Virus record (IMG/VR): IMGVR_UViG_3300029925_000055
Location: 1 to 31,729 of that record
DNA length: 31,729 bases
DNA from: a virus
Lineage: Duplodnaviria > Caudoviricetes
Direction: 5' to 3' (one strand)
In this document: positions 24,914 to 31,729 of the stretch, piece after piece
How positions within the stretch are numbered: position 1 is the stretch's first letter
How the letters are laid out: the number at the start of each line of letters is the position of its first letter
Translations under genes and position numbers: made by a program
Notes under the pieces: generated by a model
Databases searched by the model: none
Told to the model about the DNA's origin: nothing
Seen by the model: the letters and a program-made list of their open reading frames with translations, nothing else

Positions 24914-25263
24914 TTCATCGCCTCTACTGTTCCGGTGATTTTTCTTCCTGTATACGATATCGAATTATCATTATTCTCTGACCAATATTCATCGCCTTGT
25001 TCGTCTATAGATTCATATAAAACAAGGATTTCTGGCTCTTTAATTCTGAGCAATGAACGCCCCATTAAAATATCCAGATGTTGAATGTTTTTTGCTGTAA
25101 AGCAGAAACGAGGCATTGAAGTTGCGTCTTCTTGTAATGGTTGCCCCATATAGATAGATTTAATTCGAGTACTGTCTACCCATTGCGCATTTTCATAAAC
25201 CTGAAATTGCTGCTTGGATCGAATAGCATCGATGAATTGCGTAAATGTTCTGATCATTTTCAT
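24910..25263 (-). CDS. Hypothetical protein, tandem paralogue 1 of 3
   Basis: IRTF...FQV....WVDSTRI...LRIKEPEILVLYE.......YW; GGAG precedes the ATG at 25263. Confidence 0.7.
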   Translation of the reverse strand: MKMIRTFTQFIDAIRSKQQFQVYENAQWVDSTRIKSIYMGQPLQEDATSMPRFCFTAKNIQHLDILMGRSLLRIKEPEILVLYESIDEQGDEYWSENNDNSISYTGRKITGTVEAMK

Positions 25264-25293
25264 TATGGGGCGCTCCAAAATATTAAAAGGGAA

Positions 25294-25704
25294 TTACTCT
25301 TCAGGATGACGAACGAATATAATTTTATCTATCGTGTGACCTGATTCGTTCATAACAAAAAAGGAACAGTATTCGTAATCTATACCTGTGGTATCTAAAT
25401 AGCCCACTCTGATATTATCCTCATAATGTCTATTGCTGCCTTGATTCATCATAACGTGAACATCTATGTATGATGTTTTTTCGTTCTTATCATCATAAGT
25501 CCGATACACAAAATATTTTACACAGGCAATATTAACTTCGTCGCCGTTATCTCCAACAAATCTCAAATAAAACATAACTAACCTACCTACCTTGTCTGGT
25601 CTTACATTGTGGCTCGCGCCGGGAATTAATTTTGTTTCGGTAAACACATCATATGAACGTTGTGTATAATTTCTTCCTGCAAACGATCGACAAAAACCTG
25701 ACAA
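25294..25704 (-). CDS. Hypothetical phage protein (true start probably MFYLRF near 25573)
   Basis: C-terminal FVMNESGHTIDKI motif; AGGTAGG precedes the internal ATG. Confidence 0.6.
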   Translation of the reverse strand: MSGFCRSFAGRNYTQRSYDVFTETKLIPGASHNVRPDKVGRLVMFYLRFVGDNGDEVNIACVKYFVYRTYDDKNEKTSYIDVHVMMNQGSNRHYEDNIRVGYLDTTGIDYEYCSFFVMNESGHTIDKIIFVRHPEE

Positions 25705-25844
25705 GATTCTTTAGACTTGAAACCATCCTGAAAGCTAATTGATATTCCTCCTTCAGGATGGGATATCGTGCCAGTTGTAATTATCGCTATCAAAACCCAT
25801 TCAATCATTATCATCGCCCAAATGTGCAATAACCTGAATACCAT
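25626..25844 (-). CDS. Small exported protein (WVLI...FKSKESC motif)
   Basis: Hydrophobic N-terminus and two Cys; the true start is probably near 25812. Confidence 0.55.
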   Translation of the reverse strand: MVFRLLHIWAMIMIEWVLIAIITTGTISHPEGGISISFQDGFKSKESCQVFVDRLQEEIIHNVHMMCLPKQN

Positions 25845-26109
25845 TCATAAGTGCTTTGATAGTTTCATCATGTTTTTCAATAAAAGCTTTAGTCCCATCA
25901 AGCGATTTTTTCGTCGCAACGGCGAAGTCATAACCCATTGCTAAATCGAATTCTTGTCCTATTGCTAATTCTGTTAATTTATTACTATTGCCATTGCCAT
26001 ACCGATATCGATTTAAAAACTTTGCCAATTCGTTGACTTCGATTTCACAAATATATTTTCCATGGTTCGCTCTTGCTAACACTTTCATAACTGTAGTTCC
26101 CAATCCCAT
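25801..26109 (-). CDS. Hypothetical phage protein (likely start MKVLAR)
   Basis: Co-oriented, coupled ORF. Confidence 0.65.
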   Translation of the reverse strand: MGLGTTVMKVLARANHGKYICEIEVNELAKFLNRYRYGNGNSNKLTELAIGQEFDLAMGYDFAVATKKSLDGTKAFIEKHDETIKALMNGIQVIAHLGDDND

Positions 26110-26330
26110 GAATAATCAGGCATGCGTATAAGTTTAAAGGTTAATTTGACATGATGTACTGTTTGATTAGGTGCAGTACCAACTAACGACAATGGAACAT
26201 TATCACCACTTTCTTCTAATACTTCGACAATGAAATAATGGCCACGAAAATCTGGATGATCTTGTGACACTGGAATGGGCAATCTAATAAAAGCTTTTGT
26301 TAGAGTTCTAACGCTAATATTTTTACTCAT
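26085..26330 (-). CDS. Hypothetical protein
   Basis: Co-oriented, coupled ORF. Confidence 0.6.
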   Translation of the reverse strand: MSKNISVRTLTKAFIRLPIPVSQDHPDFRGHYFIVEVLEESGDNVPLSLVGTAPNQTVHHVKLTFKLIRMPDYSWDWELQL

Positions 26331-26589
26331 CTCTAATACTCAAGCGATTGTTTTCGTCTAACACTTCCTCTAGGCGGATACTCACCCCTTCATACAATTC
26401 TTGTAATTGGGCATTTGATATCTCTAAATCATTGTTCAACACGCTTGAAAAATCTAACAATTCCTGCAAGCGAGTTTTCGAAGCTTCCAGTTTACCGATA
26501 AACGAAACAAGTCCGTGCCGATTCATATTGTCGACTAATACGCCGTCGTCATCTTTACAAAGCAATCCATTTTCGTAATCGTTATCCAT
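26323..26589 (-). CDS. Hypothetical coiled-coil protein
   Basis: Heptad-rich acidic C-terminus; AGGA RBS. Confidence 0.65.
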   Translation of the reverse strand: MDNDYENGLLCKDDDGVLVDNMNRHGLVSFIGKLEASKTRLQELLDFSSVLNNDLEISNAQLQELYEGVSIRLEEVLDENNRLSIRDE

Positions 26590-26590
26590 T

Positions 26591-26803
26591 TTAAAATCCT
26601 GTTATTGGTTTAGGAATTTCACCATTTCCACATCGCGAGCATTTAAAATTATCCCAACAACCCAACCAGGTTACTTTACAATCATGACAGTTCAGCGATC
26701 GTGAATGCCAAGCCTGAATCGTGACCGGAAGAGATAATCCAGATGGTAGCGGACTACAACACAAGTCGCCTAAATCTTCGTAATATTCAAAATGAGCGAT
26801 CAT
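26591..26803 (-). CDS. Small zinc-ribbon protein
   Basis: CHDC...CSRCG. Confidence 0.6.
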   Translation of the reverse strand: MIAHFEYYEDLGDLCCSPLPSGLSLPVTIQAWHSRSLNCHDCKVTWLGCWDNFKCSRCGNGEIPKPITGF

Positions 26804-27048
26804 TTACCAGGCCGCGAGTTTTCAGGGAACAAAGGAATCGTAGTTTCGACACTTGATAATTTATAATCTTTGTGTACCTGACCCATTTGCGTAGTTTCAA
26901 TCAATGTTATATTGATATTCTCGGGTGCTCTTCTCGTTGCAAGCCAGAATCGATTCATTTCCTTACAAATCGCGTTAGCAATATTGGTTTCCATCGTTTG
27001 CTTATGTTTGAGCAATTCTTCAATTTCCACAGGTTGTTTTAAATCCAA
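26800..27048 (-). CDS. Hypothetical phage protein
   Basis: Co-oriented; start uncertain (TTG or GTG). Confidence 0.6.
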   Translation of the reverse strand: MDLKQPVEIEELLKHKQTMETNIANAICKEMNRFWLATRRAPENINITLIETTQMGQVHKDYKLSSVETTIPLFPENSRPGK

Positions 27049-27365
27049 ATATTTCTGAGGGTTCCGAGCATACTGATAAAATCCGTATTTTCTACAACCA
27101 CAAAAACGCCATCGAAAAAGTTTTATTTTTTATAAAACGATTCAATTTTTAAAAGTTTTTTCAGGAAATATTTTTTAAGATTAAAACGGAGGGAATTTTA
27201 AAGGGTGGGTGAGCGGGAATCGGGGAATATACAGGGTTAATTTCGTCCAGATCGAGCAGCAGTCAAAATTCTATGGGGGTAGACGGCGATTTTAATCAAT
27301 TTAGATGGCATTACGTCGTGTCGTCTTAAAAACGGCGCCTAACCCCGTAGGATTTTGTTTCCGTG

Positions 27366-27569
27366 TTAACGTTGCATGTTTCTATAAATCTGATCTTTTT
27401 CAATCTGCACCGCATAGTCAATCGCTTTTTTTGTCGCTAGTAACCCGGCTTTGAACGCTAAGCCTTGCAGACAGGATGCTTGCACATCGAGGCCCGCATC
27501 ACCAAGCGATTTCATCGCAATTTCAATTACATCGTCAGCCCATTCGCCTTTCGTAACTTTTGAAGTCAT
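27366..27569 (-). CDS. Hypothetical protein
   Basis: 67-aa ORF following 27599..28066. Confidence 0.6.
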   Translation of the reverse strand: MTSKVTKGEWADDVIEIAMKSLGDAGLDVQASCLQGLAFKAGLLATKKAIDYAVQIEKDQIYRNMQR

Positions 27570-27598
27570 TTTGTAAAAACTCTTTGTGTGAGAATTCC

Positions 27599-28066
27599 TT
27601 AGCTTACGTTTTTCATTTCGTTTTTCAATTCAGCGGTCGTAAATTCGATTTGTAACCGTGATGTAGATTTGCGTTTTATTTGAGTTCCGCCGTCGTTTTG
27701 ATTCATGCCCATTAATCTCATGATTGTTTCGGTCATGTCGGATAGGTCTTTGCCTTTCGATAAAAACGTCCCCATCATTTCTAACCGATCCATGAGTCTT
27801 TGACTCAAACGCCCCACAACCCACTTTTGCGTTAACTTGTGAATCACTGTCAAAATCAAAATTTGTTGATCGCTCAATTCTTTGCCGAAATAGGCAGCCA
27901 CGATGCAATCGTCATAAGTGCCAGAAATCGCCAAACTTTGAAACATCTCCAATCTATCGTGATCTGAGAAATCAACAACAAACTCCAAGTCGTTTTCATA
28001 CAAATCAGCAGATCTGCACATCGCGACTGCAAACCTCGTTGGTATACAACTTTGTTGATCTTCCAT
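27599..28066 (-). CDS. Hypothetical protein; candidate terminase small subunit
   Basis: 155 aa, helical core, C-terminal basic/beta segment IKRKSTSRLQIEF. First gene after the 1-kb palindrome-rich non-coding region. No TerS-like gene is adjacent to terL. The TerS call is positional inference only. Confidence 0.4.
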   Translation of the reverse strand: MEDQQSCIPTRFAVAMCRSADLYENDLEFVVDFSDHDRLEMFQSLAISGTYDDCIVAAYFGKELSDQQILILTVIHKLTQKWVVGRLSQRLMDRLEMMGTFLSKGKDLSDMTETIMRLMGMNQNDGGTQIKRKSTSRLQIEFTTAELKNEMKNVS

Positions 28067-29064
28067 TTTTTACAACTCGAGAATCAAAATTTCAAAATCG
28101 GGAATTGTGAATATTATGATACCAATATCAACAATATCGCTACAGCCCGCATAGACCATATATATAACACACTCACACACACATTTTTTTATATTATATT
28201 AAAAGAGAGTTCTTTCTTATACTCATAAAATCTAAGAACGAGGAAAGCTAGAACTAAAAGTTATATAGGTTTTTCTAAGGGGAGGGGGGTATCCCCCCGA
28301 AAAATAATATAATCATAGCAAATCGCTACAGGCCAATGGTTATGCAGCTTTCAGCGATATTTGTCATAATATTTTACGATAACTGCAATTATATCCTCTA
28401 CAGCCCCCTGTCTATGCGGGTCTTGGTGATATGCTATTTTTCAGCTTAATCGAGCCCTTTATCTATGCGGCTCTCCGCGTAATTATTTTTTGCATATCAC
28501 AAAAAACTGAAAAAAATCTGGTCAAAAAACTTGCAGGCAAAACTGTTAGGTGATCTTAAAAATTCAAAAAATGTGGCCCCTTTTGCCTATAAAACACCCC
28601 TTCCAACGATTTTTTGCGGGGGAATTGGGGTAGATTTTATTTTTCAAAATCTGTATTCTATTTAACTATTTGGTTTTTTAGATAATGTTCGTCATTTATT
28701 CCATTTATACCCATAATCAACATAAACATGGTGCTATTACATGCCATATCGGCATAAATCCTAACAACATCACGGAGGTTCCCGGTCTAAAATCTAGCTG
28801 GCCAGGTGTCTAAATCTCGCAAACCCGTATAGATTGGTTTTAAAGATGGGCAAATTTCAGGGATAAAAACGGGGTCAGGTGTTGAATTGGATCAGAAGTG
28901 GACAAATAGGTGTGGAATCACGCGGGAATTAAATGGGGTAAAAGGGGTAAAGAGGGGGGTAATTTATCCCTTTTTTACCAGTAAACGCCTAGTAATTTAC
29001 TGGTATAAGTTGTTGAATAAAAACCAAACACGACTAAAATAACCCCCTTTTGTCATGTTGATTC
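28067..29064. other. ~1-kb non-coding region with repeated palindromic motifs (candidate pac/cos or replication origin)
   Basis: No ORF of 60 aa or more. CTACAG(C/G)CC and TCTATGCGG/CCCGCATAGA motifs recur about five times; GGGGGG-TAT-CCCCCC at 28284-28298; TACCAGTAAA/TTTACTGGTA inverted repeat at 28976-29005. Confidence 0.55.
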
Positions 29065-29095
29065 AAAAAAAAAGGCACCTTGTTAAAGGTGCCTT
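29065..29095 (-). terminator. Rho-independent terminator
   Basis: AAGGCACCUU-UAAC-AAGGUGCC followed by U9. Confidence 0.9.
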
Positions 29096-29117
29096 GATCA
29101 ACCTCCCCCCTCCGGTT

Positions 29118-29333
29118 TTAATTTAATACCACACTAGATAGGTGTTTAACTTCGCGATCGCTGGTATGGATTGTCGTCAGTATCACACAATTAGGATTAG
29201 CTCTTACTGGATTGCATTTTAGAATCCTGGCCATTTCCTCTATTTTGTGAGGATATCCCGACTGGCTCTTTCCATACGAAGTTTCTATAATAACGAAAAG
29301 TTTTTTACCTCTTATAACTTGTACTGAAAACAT
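29118..29333 (-). CDS. Small hypothetical protein, monocistronic
   Basis: AAGGAAG RBS, own promoter upstream and terminator downstream. Confidence 0.7.
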   Translation of the reverse strand: MFSVQVIRGKKLFVIIETSYGKSQSGYPHKIEEMARILKCNPVRANPNCVILTTIHTSDREVKHLSSVVLN

Positions 29334-29366
29334 TTCTCTTCCTTAAGTTGCTGATTTGAGGTTTCT

Positions 29367-29395
29367 ATTATACATACTTGTTTACACATGTAAAC
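29367..29395 (-). promoter_or_regulatory. Sigma70-type promoter with palindromic operator over the -35 box
   Basis: TTTACA-16 bp-TATAAT; inverted repeat GTTTACA-CA-TGTAAAC at 29380-29395. Confidence 0.7.
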
Positions 29396-29429
29396 TACTT
29401 TTATGTATATTTTTTAAAAAACTATTACC

Positions 29430-29469
29430 AAAAGAGAAGGGCCGCGACTCTCTTGCAGAAGTCCGGCCC
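29430..29469 (-). terminator. GC-rich hairpin with U-rich tail
   Basis: GGGCCGGACUUCUGCAAGAGAGUCGCGGCCC followed by UUCUCUUUU. Confidence 0.65.
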
Positions 29470-29555
29470 AATGGATGAATATATAAACCTACACACAAAC
29501 CATAATGAGGAGAAAAGGAAAATATAGACATCAAAATTAAGTTTACACGTATTTT

Positions 29556-29585
29556 AAAAAAAAAGCACCCGGTTAAAGGTGCCTT
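29556..29585 (-). terminator. Rho-independent terminator (near-copy of 29065-29095)
   Basis: AAGGCACCU-UUAACC-GGGUGC followed by U9. Confidence 0.88.
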
Positions 29586-29623
29586 AATCAAACCCTGGCT
29601 CTACTGACGGGTTTTAAAACGGT

Positions 29624-29812
29624 TTACGCTGCGTCATCTTCTAGTTCTAATTTGACGGCCAGCTCTTCGAGCGTTGCTTTTTCCTTATCGCTGAGTGATA
29701 TGTAATTATGGTCGTATTCAGCAACGGTATCGATAAAATCGATTTCCCATTCTGTTAATTCTTCGCTTCTCGCTAATGCTTCGAGGATGGTTGCGTTTTC
29801 AAAATCAGTCAT
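29624..29812 (-). CDS. Small acidic protein, paralogue of 29809..30003
   Basis: TDFE..TILEA..R.EELTEWEIDFID...LSDKEK..L..LA.KLEL. Confidence 0.8.
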   Translation of the reverse strand: MTDFENATILEALARSEELTEWEIDFIDTVAEYDHNYISLSDKEKATLEELAVKLELEDDAA

Positions 29813-30003
29813 TTCGCTTCCTTAAGTTCTAATTTAATGGCGAGTAATTTTAACCTCTCTTTTCCCTTGTTGTTCAATAACCAGTCTTCAGTAAAGTCAG
29901 ACAGATCGTCGATGAATTCCACTTCCTTATCTGTAAGCTCATTACATCTATCAATCGCTTCTAAGATAGTGAGCTTTTCAAAATTGGTTATTTTACTTAA
30001 CAT
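29809..30003 (-). CDS. Small protein, paralogue of 29624..29812
   Basis: TNFE..TILEA..R..ELTDKEVEFID...LAIKLEL; both genes share the upstream sequence TAAGGAAGCGAA. Confidence 0.8.
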   Translation of the reverse strand: MLSKITNFEKLTILEAIDRCNELTDKEVEFIDDLSDFTEDWLLNNKGKERLKLLAIKLELKEAK

Positions 30004-30011
30004 TCGCTTCC

Positions 30012-30737
30012 TTAAGTGACTTGAGCCTGAGCCACCACGGCCACCAGATCAATATTGTCAGCATCGACAATTTTCACAGTCGTGGTTCTATCGATTTTTT
30101 TAGGAAAATTGAACGCTGGCTTTTTCATAATCGATATCGCCTGCATAATATTCAATTTTTCAAAATGTACGCCTGTCGATTCGGGTTCTAATTCTATATT
30201 GTGACTATCGAATATTTTTGGCGGGAACGTAAGCACTGCTTTATCTTTACCTAAAACACACACCACGGATTGGGTTAACTCATCAAGACTGTCGAGCGAT
30301 ACACGGCAAGGATTATCCGGTATCGCACGTTCCCAATTGGGATATTCTAAATCTTGCATCCTGGCTGATACGTCGTTCATCTCGCTATCATAAAAACCTT
30401 TTGGATAATGAGTGAAAAAATGGACGTGTAATCGATGGCCGTCAGTGCCCACTAGATGCTCACCATCGGAGTAGCACTCATACAGGAATTTACGCATATC
30501 ATCGACCGCTGTCGCCTTGTAGACCCACTGCTCGGTTGTTTTGGGGGTTGTTGGTAACCCTGCCATGAAAAAAGTATAGATCTCGCCTATCTCCTGCTTA
30601 TTGGCTTCGAAATCCTTGTCAGACAGGTTATTGATAAATTCAACCAGGGTTTTTCGACAGCCAGTTTTACCCAGTTTTTTGTTATGGATCTTTATTTCAT
30701 TAAGTGCTTGGTTGATTCGATTAACCATTTTGTTCAT
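30012..30737 (-). CDS. Phage protein with a DNA polymerase III beta-clamp-like central segment
   Basis: KATAVDDMRKFL...LVGTDGHRLH...YPNWERAIP. At 241 aa it is too short to be a full DnaN. Confidence 0.7.
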   Translation of the reverse strand: MNKMVNRINQALNEIKIHNKKLGKTGCRKTLVEFINNLSDKDFEANKQEIGEIYTFFMAGLPTTPKTTEQWVYKATAVDDMRKFLYECYSDGEHLVGTDGHRLHVHFFTHYPKGFYDSEMNDVSARMQDLEYPNWERAIPDNPCRVSLDSLDELTQSVVCVLGKDKAVLTFPPKIFDSHNIELEPESTGVHFEKLNIMQAISIMKKPAFNFPKKIDRTTTVKIVDADNIDLVAVVAQAQVT

Positions 30738-31134
30738 CCACAGGAATGAAAAAATATCGTTGATGGCGCCGCAGGAAAACGGCGATTTGTTTGAATGACC
30801 AACGTCCTGTATCGTTTAGATCTGTCAAATAGGAATAGTAACTTTTAGTATTATGCTTCGGTCGAATATTATAATGAATTGCAACTTTAGCGCCTAATTC
30901 CGGTTTTATCCCTAATAATTGGCATATTTGTTTACTTAAGATGGTAGAACTATTGTGATACTGAAAATTCCTTACGCTTTTAATTTCATCAGCTTGAATA
31001 TCGTTGGCGATAAAAGCACGACCTAGGCAACAAAAGCCATCAATAGAGTGTAAATAGCCTTTGCATTGTGGTTCGTCAGTTGTTTCTAGGTCGTGCAACC
31101 AGGCTTCAGCGGCTTCGTTTAAATATATTATCAT
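30721..31134 (-). CDS. Hypothetical phage protein, DGFCCLGRA family
   Basis: Conserved N- and C-terminal blocks shared with its neighbours; GGAAG RBS. Confidence 0.82.
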   Translation of the reverse strand: MIIYLNEAAEAWLHDLETTDEPQCKGYLHSIDGFCCLGRAFIANDIQADEIKSVRNFQYHNSSTILSKQICQLLGIKPELGAKVAIHYNIRPKHNTKSYYSYLTDLNDTGRWSFKQIAVFLRRHQRYFFIPVDEQNG

Positions 31135-31523
31135 TGTGCTTCCAAAGGAATAAAAAAATGTGCTTGATGCTCACGGAGAAACGCGGCTATTTCTTTGAAT
31201 GACCAACGTGCAAGGTCATTAAGACAGGTCAAACTGTAAATAACTTCCCCCTCATGTTCAAATCTATGAGGTATAGACACCTTATCACCTAATTCTCGAC
31301 GTAGACCTAACAGTTTAATCATTTTTGGGCTTAATGCCGTGCCGCTGCCATGATAAATTTTATGTTTTGATGCTGACGGATTGGGGGAAATATTATTAGC
31401 AACAAAAGCACGGCCTAGGCAACAAAAGCCATCAATAGAGTGTAACCGTCCTTGGCATTGGGGTACTTTGGTCGTTTCGAGATCGGTTAGCCAAATTTCA
31501 GCGGGTTCGTTTATGTATTGCAT
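31131..31523 (-). CDS. Hypothetical phage protein, DGFCCLGRA family
   Basis: Same conserved blocks; TAATG coupling to the upstream copy. Confidence 0.82.
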   Translation of the reverse strand: MQYINEPAEIWLTDLETTKVPQCQGRLHSIDGFCCLGRAFVANNISPNPSASKHKIYHGSGTALSPKMIKLLGLRRELGDKVSIPHRFEHEGEVIYSLTCLNDLARWSFKEIAAFLREHQAHFFIPLEAQ

Positions 31524-31729
31524 TATTTTTCATCCACGGGTATGAAAAAATGGGTTTGATGTACACGGATAAAATCGGCTATTTGTTTAAACGTCCAATG
31601 TGCACTATCGTTTAGCGCGGTTAAATTTGTTAAAGTAAATTTAGGATGTTCCGGTTGAATTTCTATCGGTATGATAACTATAATCCCCAATTCTGGACGT
31701 AAACCTAACAAGCGAATCATTTTTTCACT
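31523..31729 (-). CDS. DGFCCLGRA family protein, 5' end outside window
   Basis: MIRLLGLRPELG...LTALNDSAHWTFKQIADFIR.HQ.HFFIPVDE matches the C-terminal half of the paralogues. Confidence 0.8.
   Translation of the reverse strand, partial: SEKMIRLLGLRPELGIIVIIPIEIQPEHPKFTLTNLTALNDSAHWTFKQIADFIRVHQTHFFIPVDEK

Noticed and set aside
16751-26578. Plus-strand ORFs in the accessory block (16751, 17767, 19596, 23136, 24851, 25141, 26348)
   Set aside because: They are antisense to tightly coupled minus-strand genes.
27630-27908. 92-aa alternative-frame ORF
   Set aside because: It is nested inside 27599..28066 and has an Arg/His-rich composition typical of off-frame translation.
29382-29591. 69-aa ORF in the track
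   Set aside because: It starts inside a terminator and runs through its U9 tract, a second hairpin and a promoter; the region is better explained as regulatory.
30721-31729. DGR-type mutagenesis among the DGFCCLGRA paralogues
   Set aside because: Differences involve all four bases, include synonymous changes and indels, and no reverse transcriptase is visible. The plus-strand ORFs at 29837 and 30601 are likewise shadows.

Overview
AT-rich segment of a tailed dsDNA phage or prophage (probably siphovirus-like). Essentially all real genes are on the minus strand. Read in transcription order (right to left): a cluster of small, heavily duplicated early-type genes (29.1-31.7 kb); about 1 kb of non-coding DNA with repeated palindromic motifs (possible pac/cos/ori); a candidate small terminase; about 12 kb of tiny accessory ORFs (DUF1643, LapG-like cysteine peptidase, ParB-like, RyR/MazG-like fusion, Hjc-type resolvase, a 22-aa-repeat lipoprotein, several tandem paralogue sets); then a head module (TerL, DUF4055-type portal, SPP1 gp7-like protein, scaffold, P22-coat-family major capsid protein, head-tail adaptor). 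The most striking feature is missing from the ORF track because it runs off the window: a >2267-aa ORF (6801 to <1) in which a phage head-closure-like domain is fused in frame to two FN3 domains and at least four PKD-like + BspA/DUF285 leucine-rich-repeat modules. The second is a ~230-nt structured leader of the capsid gene, with four hairpins carrying C-N-G-G-U loops and a stem that occludes the RBS. All family assignments come from motif recognition by eye; no database search or folding program was run.
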